From a virus (lineage: Duplodnaviria > Caudoviricetes): a stretch of DNA of 64,000 nucleotides. The position numbers were made by a program, and so were the translations under genes. The stretch is from the IMG/VR virus record IMGVR_UViG_3300021403_000004, positions 32,001 through 96,000 of that record. One strand, given 5' to 3'. The notes under the pieces are model-generated. The model was not told the DNA's origin. It searched no databases and saw only the letters and a list, made by a program, of their open reading frames with translations. Every line of letters begins with the position of its first letter. Position 1 is the first letter of the stretch. This document shows positions 18,306 through 28,780 of the stretch, in pieces.

Positions 18306-18507
18306 AGCCAGTCAAAGAAACAGCAGCCCAGGGACGCGAGTCAGCCAAGGACCAGCAGCCCGAGATCGCTTGCGCGCCAAGGACCAGCAGCCCGAGATCG
18401 CTTGCCCGCCAAGGACCAGCAGCCCGAGATCGCTTGCCCGCCAAGGACCAGCAGCCGAACCAGATGAGCCAGCCAGAAGACGGCAGCCACCGCCGGTCAG
18501 CCAGCCG
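18306..18507 (+). repeat. TIGR-like array with three near-identical 32-nt units
   Basis: (GCAGCCC-GAGATCGCT-TGCCCGCCA-AGGACCA)x3 plus unique units. Confidence 0.8.
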
Positions 18508-18672
18508 AAGACTCCCTGACCGTCATGGCTCACCGGCCGCGGGGGCAGCCCGACTTCACGTTGTCCACCGGCACGAGGGCCGGGCAGTTCTGCGTCGTCA
18601 GCACGCCCCGCGTTAGCCCGGTCCTTACCTTGATGACCATCACGCCTCACTCTTCCCCGTTCCGTAAAACGA

Positions 18673-18822
18673 CCAGCCATGAGACACGTGCCAGCCTCAG
18701 CGGCCCTGCAGCCAAGCGACTACAGCCAGCCACCCCATGCGTGCCGCCCTATCCGCTCAGCCAGCCAGCGTAGATGTGCCTTATGCCTCCCCTTCCTGCT
18801 GCCACAGATCGACAGCCAGCCA
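18673..18822 (+). repeat. TIGR-like mini-array
   Basis: GCAGCCA-AGCGACTAC-AGCCAGCCA and similar units. Confidence 0.7.
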
Positions 18823-18835
18823 GCGTAGGCGTGCC

Positions 18836-19774
18836 TCATACTCCCACCGAGCGCTTCGTGTTCTTGAAGGGCCGCAGCAGCTCTATCAGCCAGGGGTTGG
18901 CCTGGATGCGCGTGACGCCGTAATCGGAGACCCCCGCCACGCCGAAGGGCGCGTCCTTTGACTTGAACAAGTCCGCGGCCAGGATGAAGGACGCTTGCGT
19001 CACCGAGGCCGGGACCTGGCTCCAGCCCCAGGTCCCGGCGATCTGCACCCGGTCCAGGTGCGCGAACGGGTAGATGAAGGGGAACAGCTTCCCAGACTGC
19101 ACGGTGTAGGCCTGCCGGTACGGCCGCAAGATGCCCGTCGCGTTCAGGTTATAGCTGTCAGGCCCGATCCGGAGCTGGTAATCAGTGCCCTGCACCCAGG
19201 CCTCCTCGAAAGTGCCGTCACCATCGCGGTCCACGTTGAGCGCGGTCAGCGAGACCAGCGGGTCGATGTTGACCTTCACCAGCTCATGCGGCACGAAGGT
19301 GCGCACTTCGGTGATCCGGGTGAAGTGCTGGCCGCACCACTGGTTCACCCAGTCGCACACGGTCTGGATGGCGATCTGGGCCTGCGAGTCGTCGTCGCTG
19401 TCGGTGATGCCCAGCCGGTCCTTGAACTCCTCCAGGCCGATGTACCAGGTGCCGACCGCCGTCGGCAGCACCCGCCAGGTGCCCGGCTGGATGTCCGATA
19501 CCGCCCCGGTGCCGATCCAGACGAACGACCACAGGCCGTCAATGCCCGTGATGGCCGGCGAGCACGGCACGGGCAGCGTGTAGCTCCCGGCGGAATTGCG
19601 GACGACGTCCGCGGGAGCCGAGCCGTTGTAGGTGTGCGTGACGGACGTGCCAGACGGGTCAGTCACCACGCAGCTGACCGTGGTCGGGTCTGCCGCGACC
19701 TGGGAGCTGTTCAGGAAGACGTTGCCCAGCTCGGCTATCTCCGATGGTGACTCGTAGAAGACCGTTGCGGTCAT
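18836..19774 (-). CDS. head-to-tail adaptor with an N-terminal Ig-like extension
   Basis: YI.LEEFK.RLGITD..WGW..VP..V.QA..LAADLFK.KDAPFGVAG. Confidence 0.8.
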   Translation of the reverse strand: MTATVFYESPSEIAELGNVFLNSSQVAADPTTVSCVVTDPSGTSVTHTYNGSAPADVVRNSAGSYTLPVPCSPAITGIDGLWSFVWIGTGAVSDIQPGTWRVLPTAVGTWYIGLEEFKDRLGITDSDDDSQAQIAIQTVCDWVNQWCGQHFTRITEVRTFVPHELVKVNIDPLVSLTALNVDRDGDGTFEEAWVQGTDYQLRIGPDSYNLNATGILRPYRQAYTVQSGKLFPFIYPFAHLDRVQIAGTWGWSQVPASVTQASFILAADLFKSKDAPFGVAGVSDYGVTRIQANPWLIELLRPFKNTKRSVGV

Positions 19775-19871
19775 GCGCGCTGCCCTGGCTGAGGGTGACC
19801 CGCGCTACCAGCCGCCGGGTGCTGGTCCTGCATCCTCTTGCCTGCCAGGATACGCCTCGCCATCACGCCGG

Positions 19872-21746
19872 TCACGTCACCGTGGCGCGCATGCTCGCCA
19901 GCTCCGTCACGGCGGTGTCAATGCTGTGGCCGCCCACGACCGGGCCGGTCACTCCCGGTGCCGGGGCAGTGCCCGTGCCTGCCGCCAGCCCTGCCGCTGC
20001 CGTCACGTTGCTGGAGCTGGCCACGGACGGCGGCTGCGCCGTCCCGTTCCCGGTGCCCGCCCCTGCAGCGGCCACGGTCACGGCAACGGGCGCCTGGGCA
20101 GTGCCTGCAGCAGCGGCCAGCCCTGCGGCGGCCGTCACGGACGGCACCGTGGTGACCACGGCGTTCCAAGCCGTCCCGGCGCCCGGGGGCAGCCCGGCAA
20201 TGACAGTAACCTGCGCTGCTGGCGGCTGGGAAGCACCGGCCCCGGCTGCCAGCCCGGTACCGGCCACGACTTGCGCGGCAGGCGGCTGCGCGGTCCCGGC
20301 ACCGGGCGCCCGCCCTGCGCTCGCGGTCACGGCCGCAGCTGGCGGCTGCGCAGTTCCTGCTCCTGGTGCCCGCCCGGGGCCGGCCGCGATGACGGCGCCT
20401 GGCGGCTGCGCGGTTCCCGTCCCGGCAGCCAGGCCCGCGCTGGCAGTCACGCTGGCCACGGGCGGCTGGGCAGTGCCCGTTCCGGCAGCCAGGCCCGCGC
20501 TGATGACCGCCGGGGTCACTTCAAGGTCAGCCCAGTAGTTTTGCGTGCTGCCGGCCGTCGGGGTGGTGACCAGCGCCACCAGGTAGGGGTAGACGTCAGG
20601 CGGGCCCTGGGTGAAGGTGCCCTGCCCGGCCAGCGTCGTGCCATCGCTGAACGCAGGCGTCCCGCCGGCATTGCCGTTGTAGTTGTAGGCCAGTGACGCG
20701 GCAGACAGCTGCGGCGCCGAGATGGGGCCGTTGGTGACGCCGCTGGCGCCGATGCCGTTGCGCCAGTAATCGGTCTGCGCGTCCTTGGCGAAGCACGCGG
20801 CCGGCGAGGCAGCGCCGTTGTACACGCCGGCCTTGTACTTGCCCGCAGGGAGGGTCGCGCTCAGCGTGCACGAGATCCACCCGGACGCCGCGGCGCCCGA
20901 CCACGACGGCGCCGCGTTCGTGGCGGCCAGGGTGCCCGTCAGGCCGCCGCCGGTGATGCTCCAGATGTTCGCCGCGGTCGCCAGCTGCGTCGCGCCTGAT
21001 GGTGAGTAGTACCAGAGCTTGCTGACCACGCACGCCTGCGACAGCGCGATCTCGGTGGCGACCTCGTAATTGTCCGGGGCATCGGAGACGATCGACGGGT
21101 TCGGCGGCCCGGTGTTCGGCCACAGCCGGTACGTCCCCGCGTACCCGGCAGGGGCCGTGTCGGAGACGCTGGCGTCCATCCAGAAGTTGCCGTTGTTGCT
21201 GCCCGTGAAAGGCATGTTCACGGTCGCGTCCGTGCCTGCCGTGGAGAAAACGCCCTGCGGGTTGCCGAACGGGTCCGGCGCGGAAAAGCCCTGGTCCGAG
21301 AACGCGAACAGGGGCCCGCTGGTGATGCCCGATGTGTGGCCGCCGGAGCCGTACGAGTCAGCCGCGCCCGTGCCCGCGCCGGTCGTGTCGGAATCGCTGA
21401 AGCCGTGCAAGGTGACCGCAGCCCAGCCGGTGCACGCGTTGTACGTGCTGCCGATCGACAGCTGAATGGGCGTGCTGAGGGCGACGAAGTTCCACTGCCC
21501 GGCCGTCAGCGTCCCGGACGTGACCGTCGCAGCGGGCAGCAGCGTCCCGGTGCCGGCGCCGTCGACGTGCCACAGCGCGAACTTCCGCGCCGTCACGTCC
21601 TCGCCGGTGGCCACCCACTTCCAGTAGCCGGTGAACCACATGCCGCCCTGGGTCACCCGGAACAGGACGCCCACCAGGATGTTGCCGGTGTAGGGCACCG
21701 GCGAGGACGGGCCGTTAGTGGCCGGGAACAGCCGGTACGTCGTCAT
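19872..21746 (-). CDS. virion fibre/decoration protein with DUF4082-like domains and Ala/Gly/Thr repeats
   Basis: two TYRL(F/W)P...N(F/Y)W.D modules followed by 20-aa AGLAAGTGTAQPP repeats. Confidence 0.7.
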   Translation of the reverse strand: MTTYRLFPATNGPSSPVPYTGNILVGVLFRVTQGGMWFTGYWKWVATGEDVTARKFALWHVDGAGTGTLLPAATVTSGTLTAGQWNFVALSTPIQLSIGSTYNACTGWAAVTLHGFSDSDTTGAGTGAADSYGSGGHTSGITSGPLFAFSDQGFSAPDPFGNPQGVFSTAGTDATVNMPFTGSNNGNFWMDASVSDTAPAGYAGTYRLWPNTGPPNPSIVSDAPDNYEVATEIALSQACVVSKLWYYSPSGATQLATAANIWSITGGGLTGTLAATNAAPSWSGAAASGWISCTLSATLPAGKYKAGVYNGAASPAACFAKDAQTDYWRNGIGASGVTNGPISAPQLSAASLAYNYNGNAGGTPAFSDGTTLAGQGTFTQGPPDVYPYLVALVTTPTAGSTQNYWADLEVTPAVISAGLAAGTGTAQPPVASVTASAGLAAGTGTAQPPGAVIAAGPGRAPGAGTAQPPAAAVTASAGRAPGAGTAQPPAAQVVAGTGLAAGAGASQPPAAQVTVIAGLPPGAGTAWNAVVTTVPSVTAAAGLAAAAGTAQAPVAVTVAAAGAGTGNGTAQPPSVASSSNVTAAAGLAAGTGTAPAPGVTGPVVGGHSIDTAVTELASMRATVT

Positions 21747-24700
21747 GCGCCGCCTCCGGGGAAGGTCACCGTTGCCCGGCTGCTGGCAGCTGGCGTCACG
21801 CTGGCGCCAGCGCTGTAGCCCTTGATGACGTTCGCGGCAGCTGACACGGCGGGCAGCGGGGCCACCGCCAGCGAGCTGGCCAGCTGGGCCCGGGCCGTCA
21901 CCACGGCGGCTGCAGCCAGCGCTGCCGCGGTCGCAGCCGCCAGCACGGGCGTCCGGGCCGGGACCGCGGCCTGCGCGGTTCCTGCGCCCGTGGCCAGTGC
22001 GGCACTGGCGGTCACGCTCGCCACGGGCGGCTGGGCAGCCCCGGTCCCGGCGCCCAGGCCGGGAGCCTCAGCTGCCTGCGCTACCGGGCTGAGGGCCGCG
22101 CCCGTGCCTGCTGGCAGTCCCGGCACCCGGCCAGGCACGGGCGGCTGGGCAGTGCCCGTGCCAGCGCCCAGGCCCGCTGCGGCGACAGCTTGCGCACCAG
22201 GAGACTGCGCCGTGCCTGCGCCCGTGGCCAGCCCGGCACTCGCCGTCGTGCTGCCTGACGTGGACGCCGTGGCCGTCAGTGCCGCGCCCGTACCGGAAGC
22301 CAGCCCGGCAAGGACGGTGACCTGCGCACCAGGGGGCTGGGACGTGCCCGCACTGACGGCCGTGCCCGGCGTGAGCGCCACGGCTGGCTGCTGCGCGGTC
22401 CCGGCACCGGGCGCCAGCCCGGCACTGACCGCGTCTTGTACTGCCGGGAGCTGGGCCGTGCCAGCGCCCGTGACCAGCCCGGCGGCTGCCGCGAGCTGCG
22501 CGGCCGGGGCTTGCGCGGTTCCCGTGCCGGAGGCAAGGCCAGAAGCCGTTGCCGCGGTGGCCACGGGCGGCTGCGCGGTCCCGGTTCCGGTGGCAAGGCC
22601 CGGCTGCGCGGTAACTTGCGCACCCGGAGCCTGGGACGTGCCCGCGCCCGCAGCCAGCCCGGCATTTGCCGTGGTGTTCCCTGACGTCGATGCTGACGGG
22701 GCAAGTGCCGTGCCCGTCCCGGCAGCCAGCCCGGCACTGACGGTGACTTGCGCACCCGGAGCCTGGGCGGTGCCCGTGCCCGTGGCCAGTCCCGTGCTGG
22801 CAATCGCGAGCGCTCCCGGGGCCTGGGACGCGCCCGTGCCTGCGGCCAGTCCCGCGCTGGCAATGACCTGCGCTCCCGGGGGCTGGGACGTGCCCGTGCC
22901 TGCGGCCAGTCCCGCGCTGGCAATGACCTGCGCTCCCGGGGGCTGGGACGTGCCCGTGCCTGCGGCCAGTCCCGCGCTGGCAATGACCTGCGCTCCCGGG
23001 GGCTGGGACGTGCCCGTGCCTGCGGCCAGTCCTGGAGCAGCCGTGACCTGCGCGCCCGGAGCCTGGGAAGTACCTGTCCCGGCAGCCAGCCCGGCAGGAG
23101 CGGCAGCCACGGCAAGGGGGGTGTCCAGCGCCGCGCCGGTGCCCGTGGCCAGCCCCGGAACTGCCGTGACGACGGCAAGAGGGGTATCGAGTGCCGCGCC
23201 CGTCCCGGCAGCCAGGCCCGCTGGCGCCGTGGTGGCCGGCACCGTGGCCGCCGGGCTGGCGATGGCCTGCTGCTGGCGCCGGTAGCGCCGCTGCCACAGG
23301 TCCGACCCGGGCTGCACGGGCGGCGCCGTCACGGCCGGCTGGGCAGGCGGCCCCTGGAAGGCCAGCACCCAGTCGGGATCGCCCTGGCTGTTGCTGCCCT
23401 TGGCCGTGGAATTGTACGTCGTGCCCGTGGCAGCAGGCGACGTGGCGCCGTTGACGGGGTCAATCCAGGTCGCGGTGTACCCGGGATTCAGCAGCGCCTG
23501 GTTGACGGTGATCGTGGTGGCGTGGCTGAGGTACACCACGGCCAGCGAGCCGTCTGGCGTGATGGAGCCGGTGACGTAGGCGTCCGTCGTGGAGGACTCA
23601 TACTGGCTGGTGGTGTACGTGGAGTGCGTGCCGCGCCCGGACGTGATGAACTGGCTGGCCGTGTCCGGCAGCAGGTTCTGCCAGCCGGGCAGCCCCTCGA
23701 ACGCCGTCCTGATCGCCAGCGCGCTGTTCTTCCAGAACCAGCCGGTCGCCGCCTGGTTCTGGGCGGTGGCCGGCCACTCCCAGACGCCCTCATCACCGTG
23801 GATCTTGCCGCGCGCGCCTGACGACAGCGCCCACCAGGACTCTTGCCGGAAATTGCGGTCGAACGCGAAGCTCGACCCGCCGACGTACGATGAGCCGCCC
23901 TGGTAGAAGTAGCCGTCCCCGGCGATCACCGGCACGGTGCCGTCAGCCGAGTACGCCAGCTCAACCCCGTAGTAGATGACCTGGTAGCTGTAGACGAAGT
24001 TGTACTGGGCGTTGGCGAAGCCCCACGCCTGGTGGGTGTTATTGCCGTCCAGCGTCAGGCGGCTGGTGGTCTCGGGATTGTTCTCGATGGACACCACGTG
24101 CGCGTCCCCGGCCGCGCGCACGCCCGTCATGAACGCCGTGATCAGCGCGTCATTCTCGCCGAAGTAGTCATCGGCAAGGTTCCAGACGAGGTTGGGCAGG
24201 CCTTTGTACCGGTTGCCGAGCGCTGTGCCGTACGCGGTGAACTCTGCCGCCGACTTGCCGAACAACGGCCCGGGACCGGAGCTGAAGTCGCTATCGTAGC
24301 CGATGGCGTTCAGGAACACGCAGATGCCCTTGGCCCGGGCGCTGGCCAGGAAGTAGTCGATCCGCTGCCAGTACGCTTCCGTCAGGCCCGACGACGGGCT
24401 CGCGCCCGATGTCCCGGTTGACGGCGCGCCGCCCTGGAAGGGGTACAGCCCGTCGAACGTCACGCCCTGGTCGTTGATGTTGCCGGACTGGGTGGTGCCC
24501 ATCGGCTTGGTGTAGACGACGTTGACGCCCTGGGCCTGGCGGGTGGCCAGGTAAGTGTCGTAGTCGGCCTGCCAGGCGCCGGACGTCCAGCGCCCCACGT
24601 TGCCGCACAGCGCCCAGGCTGCGTCGCCCCACACCAGCCGGGGCGTGCCGTACTGGTCGGTGAAGTACCCGTTCGCGCCGCCCGCGGTGCCCGTGATGAC

Positions 24701-25615
24701 CGGCGGGTCAATGAACCGGTACCAGGGGATGTTGGGATTGCGCCAGCGGTGCCGGAAGAACACGCCGCCCGGCTGGGCAGGCAGCGACGGCGGCGCGGGC
24801 GTGGATGCCTGCCCGTCCAGGCCGGAGCCGGCGGCGGCCGCCAGCCCGGCCATGACGGGCGGCGGCAGGCTGCTCGGGACGGGCTGCTGCGGGCGCCTCC
24901 ACCAGCGCCGCCAGGACGCGCTGCCCGGCTGCGGGGCTGGCGGCAGTGACGGCGGCGGGGCGGCCAGCTTGAACGCGACCAGGAGCAGGCCCCAGGTGGT
25001 GGCCCCGGAGATCGCCCAGGACAGGGACTCCAGGCCGCCCGTGGAGTTGCCGTAGCCCGCCACGAGCTGCGCGCTGTTGCTGGACCCCGAGTTCACCGCG
25101 GAGGAATAACCGGACAGCGTGTACGTGCTGCCGTACCCGGCGTCGCCCGCCATGCCGAGCAGGAACTCGCCCGCCGTGGCCGAGGAGTACGTCGTGCCGC
25201 CGGTGATGGTGGCTGGCGATGCCGTGCCCGTGTTGTGCCCGGCAGTGCCGTCCAGGATGGCCGTGGTGCTGCCCGCCTGGAGCCCGGCTACCTCAAGCAG
25301 GCCGGCGACGGCGCCGAAGTTCGTGCCGTTGGTGCACGTGATGACGGGCTTGAGGCCGGCATCGCCCGCTGGGGTGTCCAGCGCCCAGAAGGACAGGCCG
25401 CCCTGGCCCGACGGGTAGGCAACGGACCCGATGCTCGTGAAGCTGTTGGCCGCCGCGTCCTTGACGGTCGTGGGAACGGTGACCGTGTTGGAGTCCAGCG
25501 ACACCACGACGATCAGCTTGGAGCCCGATGACAGGCTCGCCGTGGACGGCGTGACCGTGCAGTTGCCGGAGCCGGCCACGGCACCGGTGGCTGACTGGAG
25601 GACGGACCAGCTCAC
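21743..25615 (-). CDS. large virion protein with a DUF4038 (apiosidase-like glycoside hydrolase) domain and long 20-aa repeats
   Basis: YFTDQYGTP..WGDAAW, YLATRQAQGVN, YWQRID, NLVW.L..DY, DG.LAVVY, WIDP.NG, DWVL; >20 AGLAAGTG repeats. Confidence 0.75.
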   Translation of the reverse strand: MSWSVLQSATGAVAGSGNCTVTPSTASLSSGSKLIVVVSLDSNTVTVPTTVKDAAANSFTSIGSVAYPSGQGGLSFWALDTPAGDAGLKPVITCTNGTNFGAVAGLLEVAGLQAGSTTAILDGTAGHNTGTASPATITGGTTYSSATAGEFLLGMAGDAGYGSTYTLSGYSSAVNSGSSNSAQLVAGYGNSTGGLESLSWAISGATTWGLLLVAFKLAAPPPSLPPAPQPGSASWRRWWRRPQQPVPSSLPPPVMAGLAAAAGSGLDGQASTPAPPSLPAQPGGVFFRHRWRNPNIPWYRFIDPPVITGTAGGANGYFTDQYGTPRLVWGDAAWALCGNVGRWTSGAWQADYDTYLATRQAQGVNVVYTKPMGTTQSGNINDQGVTFDGLYPFQGGAPSTGTSGASPSSGLTEAYWQRIDYFLASARAKGICVFLNAIGYDSDFSSGPGPLFGKSAAEFTAYGTALGNRYKGLPNLVWNLADDYFGENDALITAFMTGVRAAGDAHVVSIENNPETTSRLTLDGNNTHQAWGFANAQYNFVYSYQVIYYGVELAYSADGTVPVIAGDGYFYQGGSSYVGGSSFAFDRNFRQESWWALSSGARGKIHGDEGVWEWPATAQNQAATGWFWKNSALAIRTAFEGLPGWQNLLPDTASQFITSGRGTHSTYTTSQYESSTTDAYVTGSITPDGSLAVVYLSHATTITVNQALLNPGYTATWIDPVNGATSPAATGTTYNSTAKGSNSQGDPDWVLAFQGPPAQPAVTAPPVQPGSDLWQRRYRRQQQAIASPAATVPATTAPAGLAAGTGAALDTPLAVVTAVPGLATGTGAALDTPLAVAAAPAGLAAGTGTSQAPGAQVTAAPGLAAGTGTSQPPGAQVIASAGLAAGTGTSQPPGAQVIASAGLAAGTGTSQPPGAQVIASAGLAAGTGASQAPGALAIASTGLATGTGTAQAPGAQVTVSAGLAAGTGTALAPSASTSGNTTANAGLAAGAGTSQAPGAQVTAQPGLATGTGTAQPPVATAATASGLASGTGTAQAPAAQLAAAAGLVTGAGTAQLPAVQDAVSAGLAPGAGTAQQPAVALTPGTAVSAGTSQPPGAQVTVLAGLASGTGAALTATASTSGSTTASAGLATGAGTAQSPGAQAVAAAGLGAGTGTAQPPVPGRVPGLPAGTGAALSPVAQAAEAPGLGAGTGAAQPPVASVTASAALATGAGTAQAAVPARTPVLAAATAAALAAAAVVTARAQLASSLAVAPLPAVSAAANVIKGYSAGASVTPAASSRATVTFPGGGA
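22830..23032. repeat. near-perfect 60-bp coding tandem repeat
   Basis: ~3.4 copies encoding AGLAAGTGTSQPPGAQVIAS. Confidence 0.9.
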
Positions 25616-25655
25616 GCGTGCCCACCTCCTGCCAGGTCAGGCCGGACTGCCCCCC

Positions 25656-26237
25656 TCAGTTCTCGCCGTAGACCCGCATCTGGGTCAGCGTCGTGCTGTT
25701 GGCGGCGTTGGAGGCAGACCAGGTCCCGAACAATTCCAGGAACAGGCTGATCTCGTTGTTCACGCCCGTCAGGTTGTTGGAGAACATCAGCGACTGGGGC
25801 GCCGTCGACCACACGGACGTGGCCACGACGGCCACCCGGATCTCGCCGTTGGCCTGCAGCGTGGTGCCCAGGTTGCCAACTGCCTGGCAGGTGACGTCGC
25901 AGTCGATGGACCACGGGAAGACGGTGGTGATCGCCGGGGTCAGCGTGGCGGACGTGAACAGCGTCGCGCCGCCAGTGCCCGCGATCGTCCCGGCCGCGGC
26001 GTCCAGGCCGGCGGCGTAGACGAACGTGGCCGTGCCCGCCACCGACGTGATGGTGCCCTCAGCCTTGAGGTGCAGGGCCTTGCCCGGGTAGGTGAAGTAG
26101 CCGGCCGGGATCAGGCAGCGCGGGATGGATGATGACGCGATGGCCGAGATAGGCGCCTGCGTAGTGTACGTGTTCTTGGTGACCGAGGCAGGAAGGGAGT
26201 ACAGCAGTTCCCCCTGGGTCATGGTATAACCGCTCAA
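25656..26237 (-). CDS. virion structural protein
   Basis: Thr/Ala-rich beta-type protein within the structural operon. Confidence 0.65.
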   Translation of the reverse strand: MSGYTMTQGELLYSLPASVTKNTYTTQAPISAIASSSIPRCLIPAGYFTYPGKALHLKAEGTITSVAGTATFVYAAGLDAAAGTIAGTGGATLFTSATLTPAITTVFPWSIDCDVTCQAVGNLGTTLQANGEIRVAVVATSVWSTAPQSLMFSNNLTGVNNEISLFLELFGTWSASNAANSTTLTQMRVYGEN

Positions 26238-26296
26238 GATGATCTCCTTTTGACCGGAATCAGAGCGTTCCCAAAGAAATGTGTTATGCTCAGAGC

Positions 26297-26887
26297 ATGG
26301 CTAACAAAAGGAGATTTACGCCGAAGCAAGATTCCGACATTGCTGCCCTCTACGTCGACAAAGGCCTGACGATGGACGCCATCGCTGCGCGGTACGTGAA
26401 CGCATCGGTTAACAGCGTCCGGAATTCGCTGCTGCGCAGTAACGTGACTATCAGGCCGAAGAACAGTCCACGGCCTGATGAGGACTGGCCTGTCTGCTCC
26501 TGTGGCGGGCGCGTGATCTACAAGACGGCCGGCCAGTGCGCAAGCTGCTACCACCGGGAGCGCAATCGTGTGCCTGAAGTCAGAGAGGCAAAATTCACCT
26601 GGTGGCTTCGAAAAGCACATGGCATGAGCCGGGAAGCTTACGATGCCATGCTGGCCGCGCAAGACGGGGTATGTGCAATCTGCCGCAGTCCTGACCCACG
26701 AGGACACCGGCTCGCGGTCGACCACGATCATGCTTGCTGCCCTGGTGAGGGATCGGCATGCAGCTCGTGCATCCGCGGACTGCTGTGCGTGAGCTGCAAT
26801 ACGGCACTTGGATCGCTTCATGACGACGTGAGGCTTGCTGAAGCCCTCATCGCCTACCTGAAGCACACCCGTAGTAATCATGGCTGA
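26297..26887 (+). CDS. endonuclease VII-family homing endonuclease with N-terminal HTH
   Basis: YDAMLAAQDGVCAIC..LAVDHDH..IRGLLCVSCN.ALG. Confidence 0.9.
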   Translation: MANKRRFTPKQDSDIAALYVDKGLTMDAIAARYVNASVNSVRNSLLRSNVTIRPKNSPRPDEDWPVCSCGGRVIYKTAGQCASCYHRERNRVPEVREAKFTWWLRKAHGMSREAYDAMLAAQDGVCAICRSPDPRGHRLAVDHDHACCPGEGSACSSCIRGLLCVSCNTALGSLHDDVRLAEALIAYLKHTRSNHG

Positions 26888-27415
26888 TCACGTCGTGATG
26901 CTGAAGACGGTGCCGCTGCTGTACCCGGTGGTGAACCAGGCAATGGTGAACGTGCCCGCCGTCACCGATTGCGACCCGCCGAAGTAATTGAAGCAGAATC
27001 CCTGGTTGGCGACGGTTCCCGCGGTGATGGACGTGCAGTACACCAGGTCGCCGAAGACCGCGCTGACCGTGACGGTCGTCCAGCTGGCATTGGCGGCATG
27101 GAACGCCAGCGCATTGGTGGCCGTCCCGTCAATGCCGTAGGACAGCGTGCCCAGGGCCGTGCCGCCCGCGGTGTAGTTCGTGCCGGATGCCTCATTGGCC
27201 GTCACCCACGGGCCGCCGGCGCCGTTGTAGCCGATGTGCGCCATCGTGTCGGTGTTCAGCGGCGTGGTCGTCAGGTACAGGGCGGCCTTGAAGCCGTTGT
27301 TGGCGATGCCCGTGGTGACCCAGCCCGTGGGCAGGGACGTCCCGCTGCCGGCCGTCGCCTGCAGCAGGGGGTTGTTCATGGTCTGCGTGAAGATGGCACT
27401 ACCTGACCAGGCCAC
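26888..27415 (-). CDS. virion structural protein
   Basis: FKAALY..NEASGTNYTAGG..L..W..GTFTI.W pattern. Confidence 0.7.
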   Translation of the reverse strand: MAWSGSAIFTQTMNNPLLQATAGSGTSLPTGWVTTGIANNGFKAALYLTTTPLNTDTMAHIGYNGAGGPWVTANEASGTNYTAGGTALGTLSYGIDGTATNALAFHAANASWTTVTVSAVFGDLVYCTSITAGTVANQGFCFNYFGGSQSVTAGTFTIAWFTTGYSSGTVFSITT

Positions 27416-27418
27416 GGC

Positions 27419-27742
27419 CTAGACCTCCGTTGCGAGCACGGCCCGTGCGAGGCCTGCGTTGACGAGCACGTCATCGTGGTCGTTGAAGAGGGTGCGGACG
27501 GACATGTACGCCTTGCCGTCCTCGCCCATGGCCTGCAGGTCCGCGCCCAGGTAGTCCTGGCGCTCTTCAGCCACGACGGAGCACCGCGTCCCTGTCCGTA
27601 CCAGGGGCGCGGTGAGCATGTGCAGGCGCGGGCACGTGTGAAAGCGGGACGACCCCGGGGGCAGTGCGGGAGTCCGGTCTGTAGTATTACAATTGGGGCA
27701 GTGCCAGTCTTCGTACGGGACCTTCAGGAGCGGGACGTCCAC
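27419..27742 (-). CDS. hypothetical Cys-containing protein
   Basis: W.CPNC..FHTCP.L..LTAPL. Confidence 0.65.
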   Translation of the reverse strand: MDVPLLKVPYEDWHCPNCNTTDRTPALPPGSSRFHTCPRLHMLTAPLVRTGTRCSVVAEERQDYLGADLQAMGEDGKAYMSVRTLFNDHDDVLVNAGLARAVLATEV

Positions 27743-27852
27743 CCGGAGGGCCTCCAGCCACTCAGGTGATTGCTTCCTGGCTCCCTGACCTGGGCCGCAG
27801 CGTTACCGACAGTGTAACGTAGCGCGTCCCGTGCTGGGCGGTCCTGCGGCGC

Positions 27853-28470
27853 TTACTTCTTGAGCGCCAGCATGATGCCCAGGACCACCGACACCAGCAC
27901 GCTGATCACCATGATGACGGGGACGATCACCTGGTTCAGGTCGGTGCGCCCGGCCCGTCCCTCAGCCCGCTGCGCCAGCTCGCCTGCCGTCGTGCCGGAC
28001 GCGGTGTCCAGCCGGGACGTGAGCCGCAGCTCCAGCTTGCCGATCAGCTCGCTGAGGGCAGCCAGCCTGTCCTCCAGCGCCTGGCGCGCCCCGGCGTACT
28101 CCTGCCGGGGCACGAAGTGCGCAGCCTGGTCAGACAGCGTCTTGCGGAACTCATTGACGGACTGGAACCGGGCTTCATTAGAGGTGGCCGCCACGCCCAC
28201 GGCCTTTTCTGCGCTGCCCAGTGCCGTGGCAGTTGCCTTCTCCGCGGCGGCGAACGCCGCGTCCAGGGCCTTGACCTGGGTGGCGTAACGCTCGTCCAGC
28301 AGCGTGCTCAGGCTGGCGATCTTGATGTCCGTCAGCTCGCGAAGCGCCGCCAGCTCCCGGCGGTACTGCACCGTGACCTGCTCAATGGCCGCATTGGTGA
28401 GCAGCGTCGGGTCCGGGCGCGGCACCAGGTCCTGCTGCTGCCAGCCCGGCGGCACGGAAGTGCCCTCCAT
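27853..28470 (-). CDS. coiled-coil membrane protein
   Basis: VNEFR.TLSDQ motif; C-terminal TM helix. Confidence 0.7.
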   Translation of the reverse strand: MEGTSVPPGWQQQDLVPRPDPTLLTNAAIEQVTVQYRRELAALRELTDIKIASLSTLLDERYATQVKALDAAFAAAEKATATALGSAEKAVGVAATSNEARFQSVNEFRKTLSDQAAHFVPRQEYAGARQALEDRLAALSELIGKLELRLTSRLDTASGTTAGELAQRAEGRAGRTDLNQVIVPVIMVISVLVSVVLGIMLALKK

Positions 28471-28498
28471 CCCTGGATCATACGGCTCACCTGCTGCC

Positions 28499-28780
28499 TC
28501 AGCCCTGCACCGGCGGCTTCCCCAGGCTCATGACATCGTGCGGGGACGCCACGACCAGGGCGCCGCCCAGCTGGTCGGCCAGCCCTGACAGCGCCCGGGA
28601 CCAGGCGCGCAGGTCCGTGGCGCTCACGAGCATCGTCAGCGTGGCCGACGACGTCCGGAAGGTCAGCACGCCCAGCATCCCGCCCGGGGCGTCCATCGTC
28701 CCCGCGTCCATCCGGGCCGGCCCCATGGCCAGCAGGGGATTGCCCGGGTCCACGAGGAACGGCTGCCCTGGCGCGGTCAC
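28499..28780 (-). CDS. hypothetical protein
   Basis: GTGA-coupled ORF. Confidence 0.55.
   Translation of the reverse strand: MTAPGQPFLVDPGNPLLAMGPARMDAGTMDAPGGMLGVLTFRTSSATLTMLVSATDLRAWSRALSGLADQLGGALVVASPHDVMSLGKPPVQG

Noticed and set aside
21822-23285. Long + strand ORFs opposite structural and GT genes (also 30529-31857, 31987-33630, 46930-48567, 51056-52495)
   Set aside because: Antisense shadow ORFs typical of high-GC DNA; no recognisable motifs.
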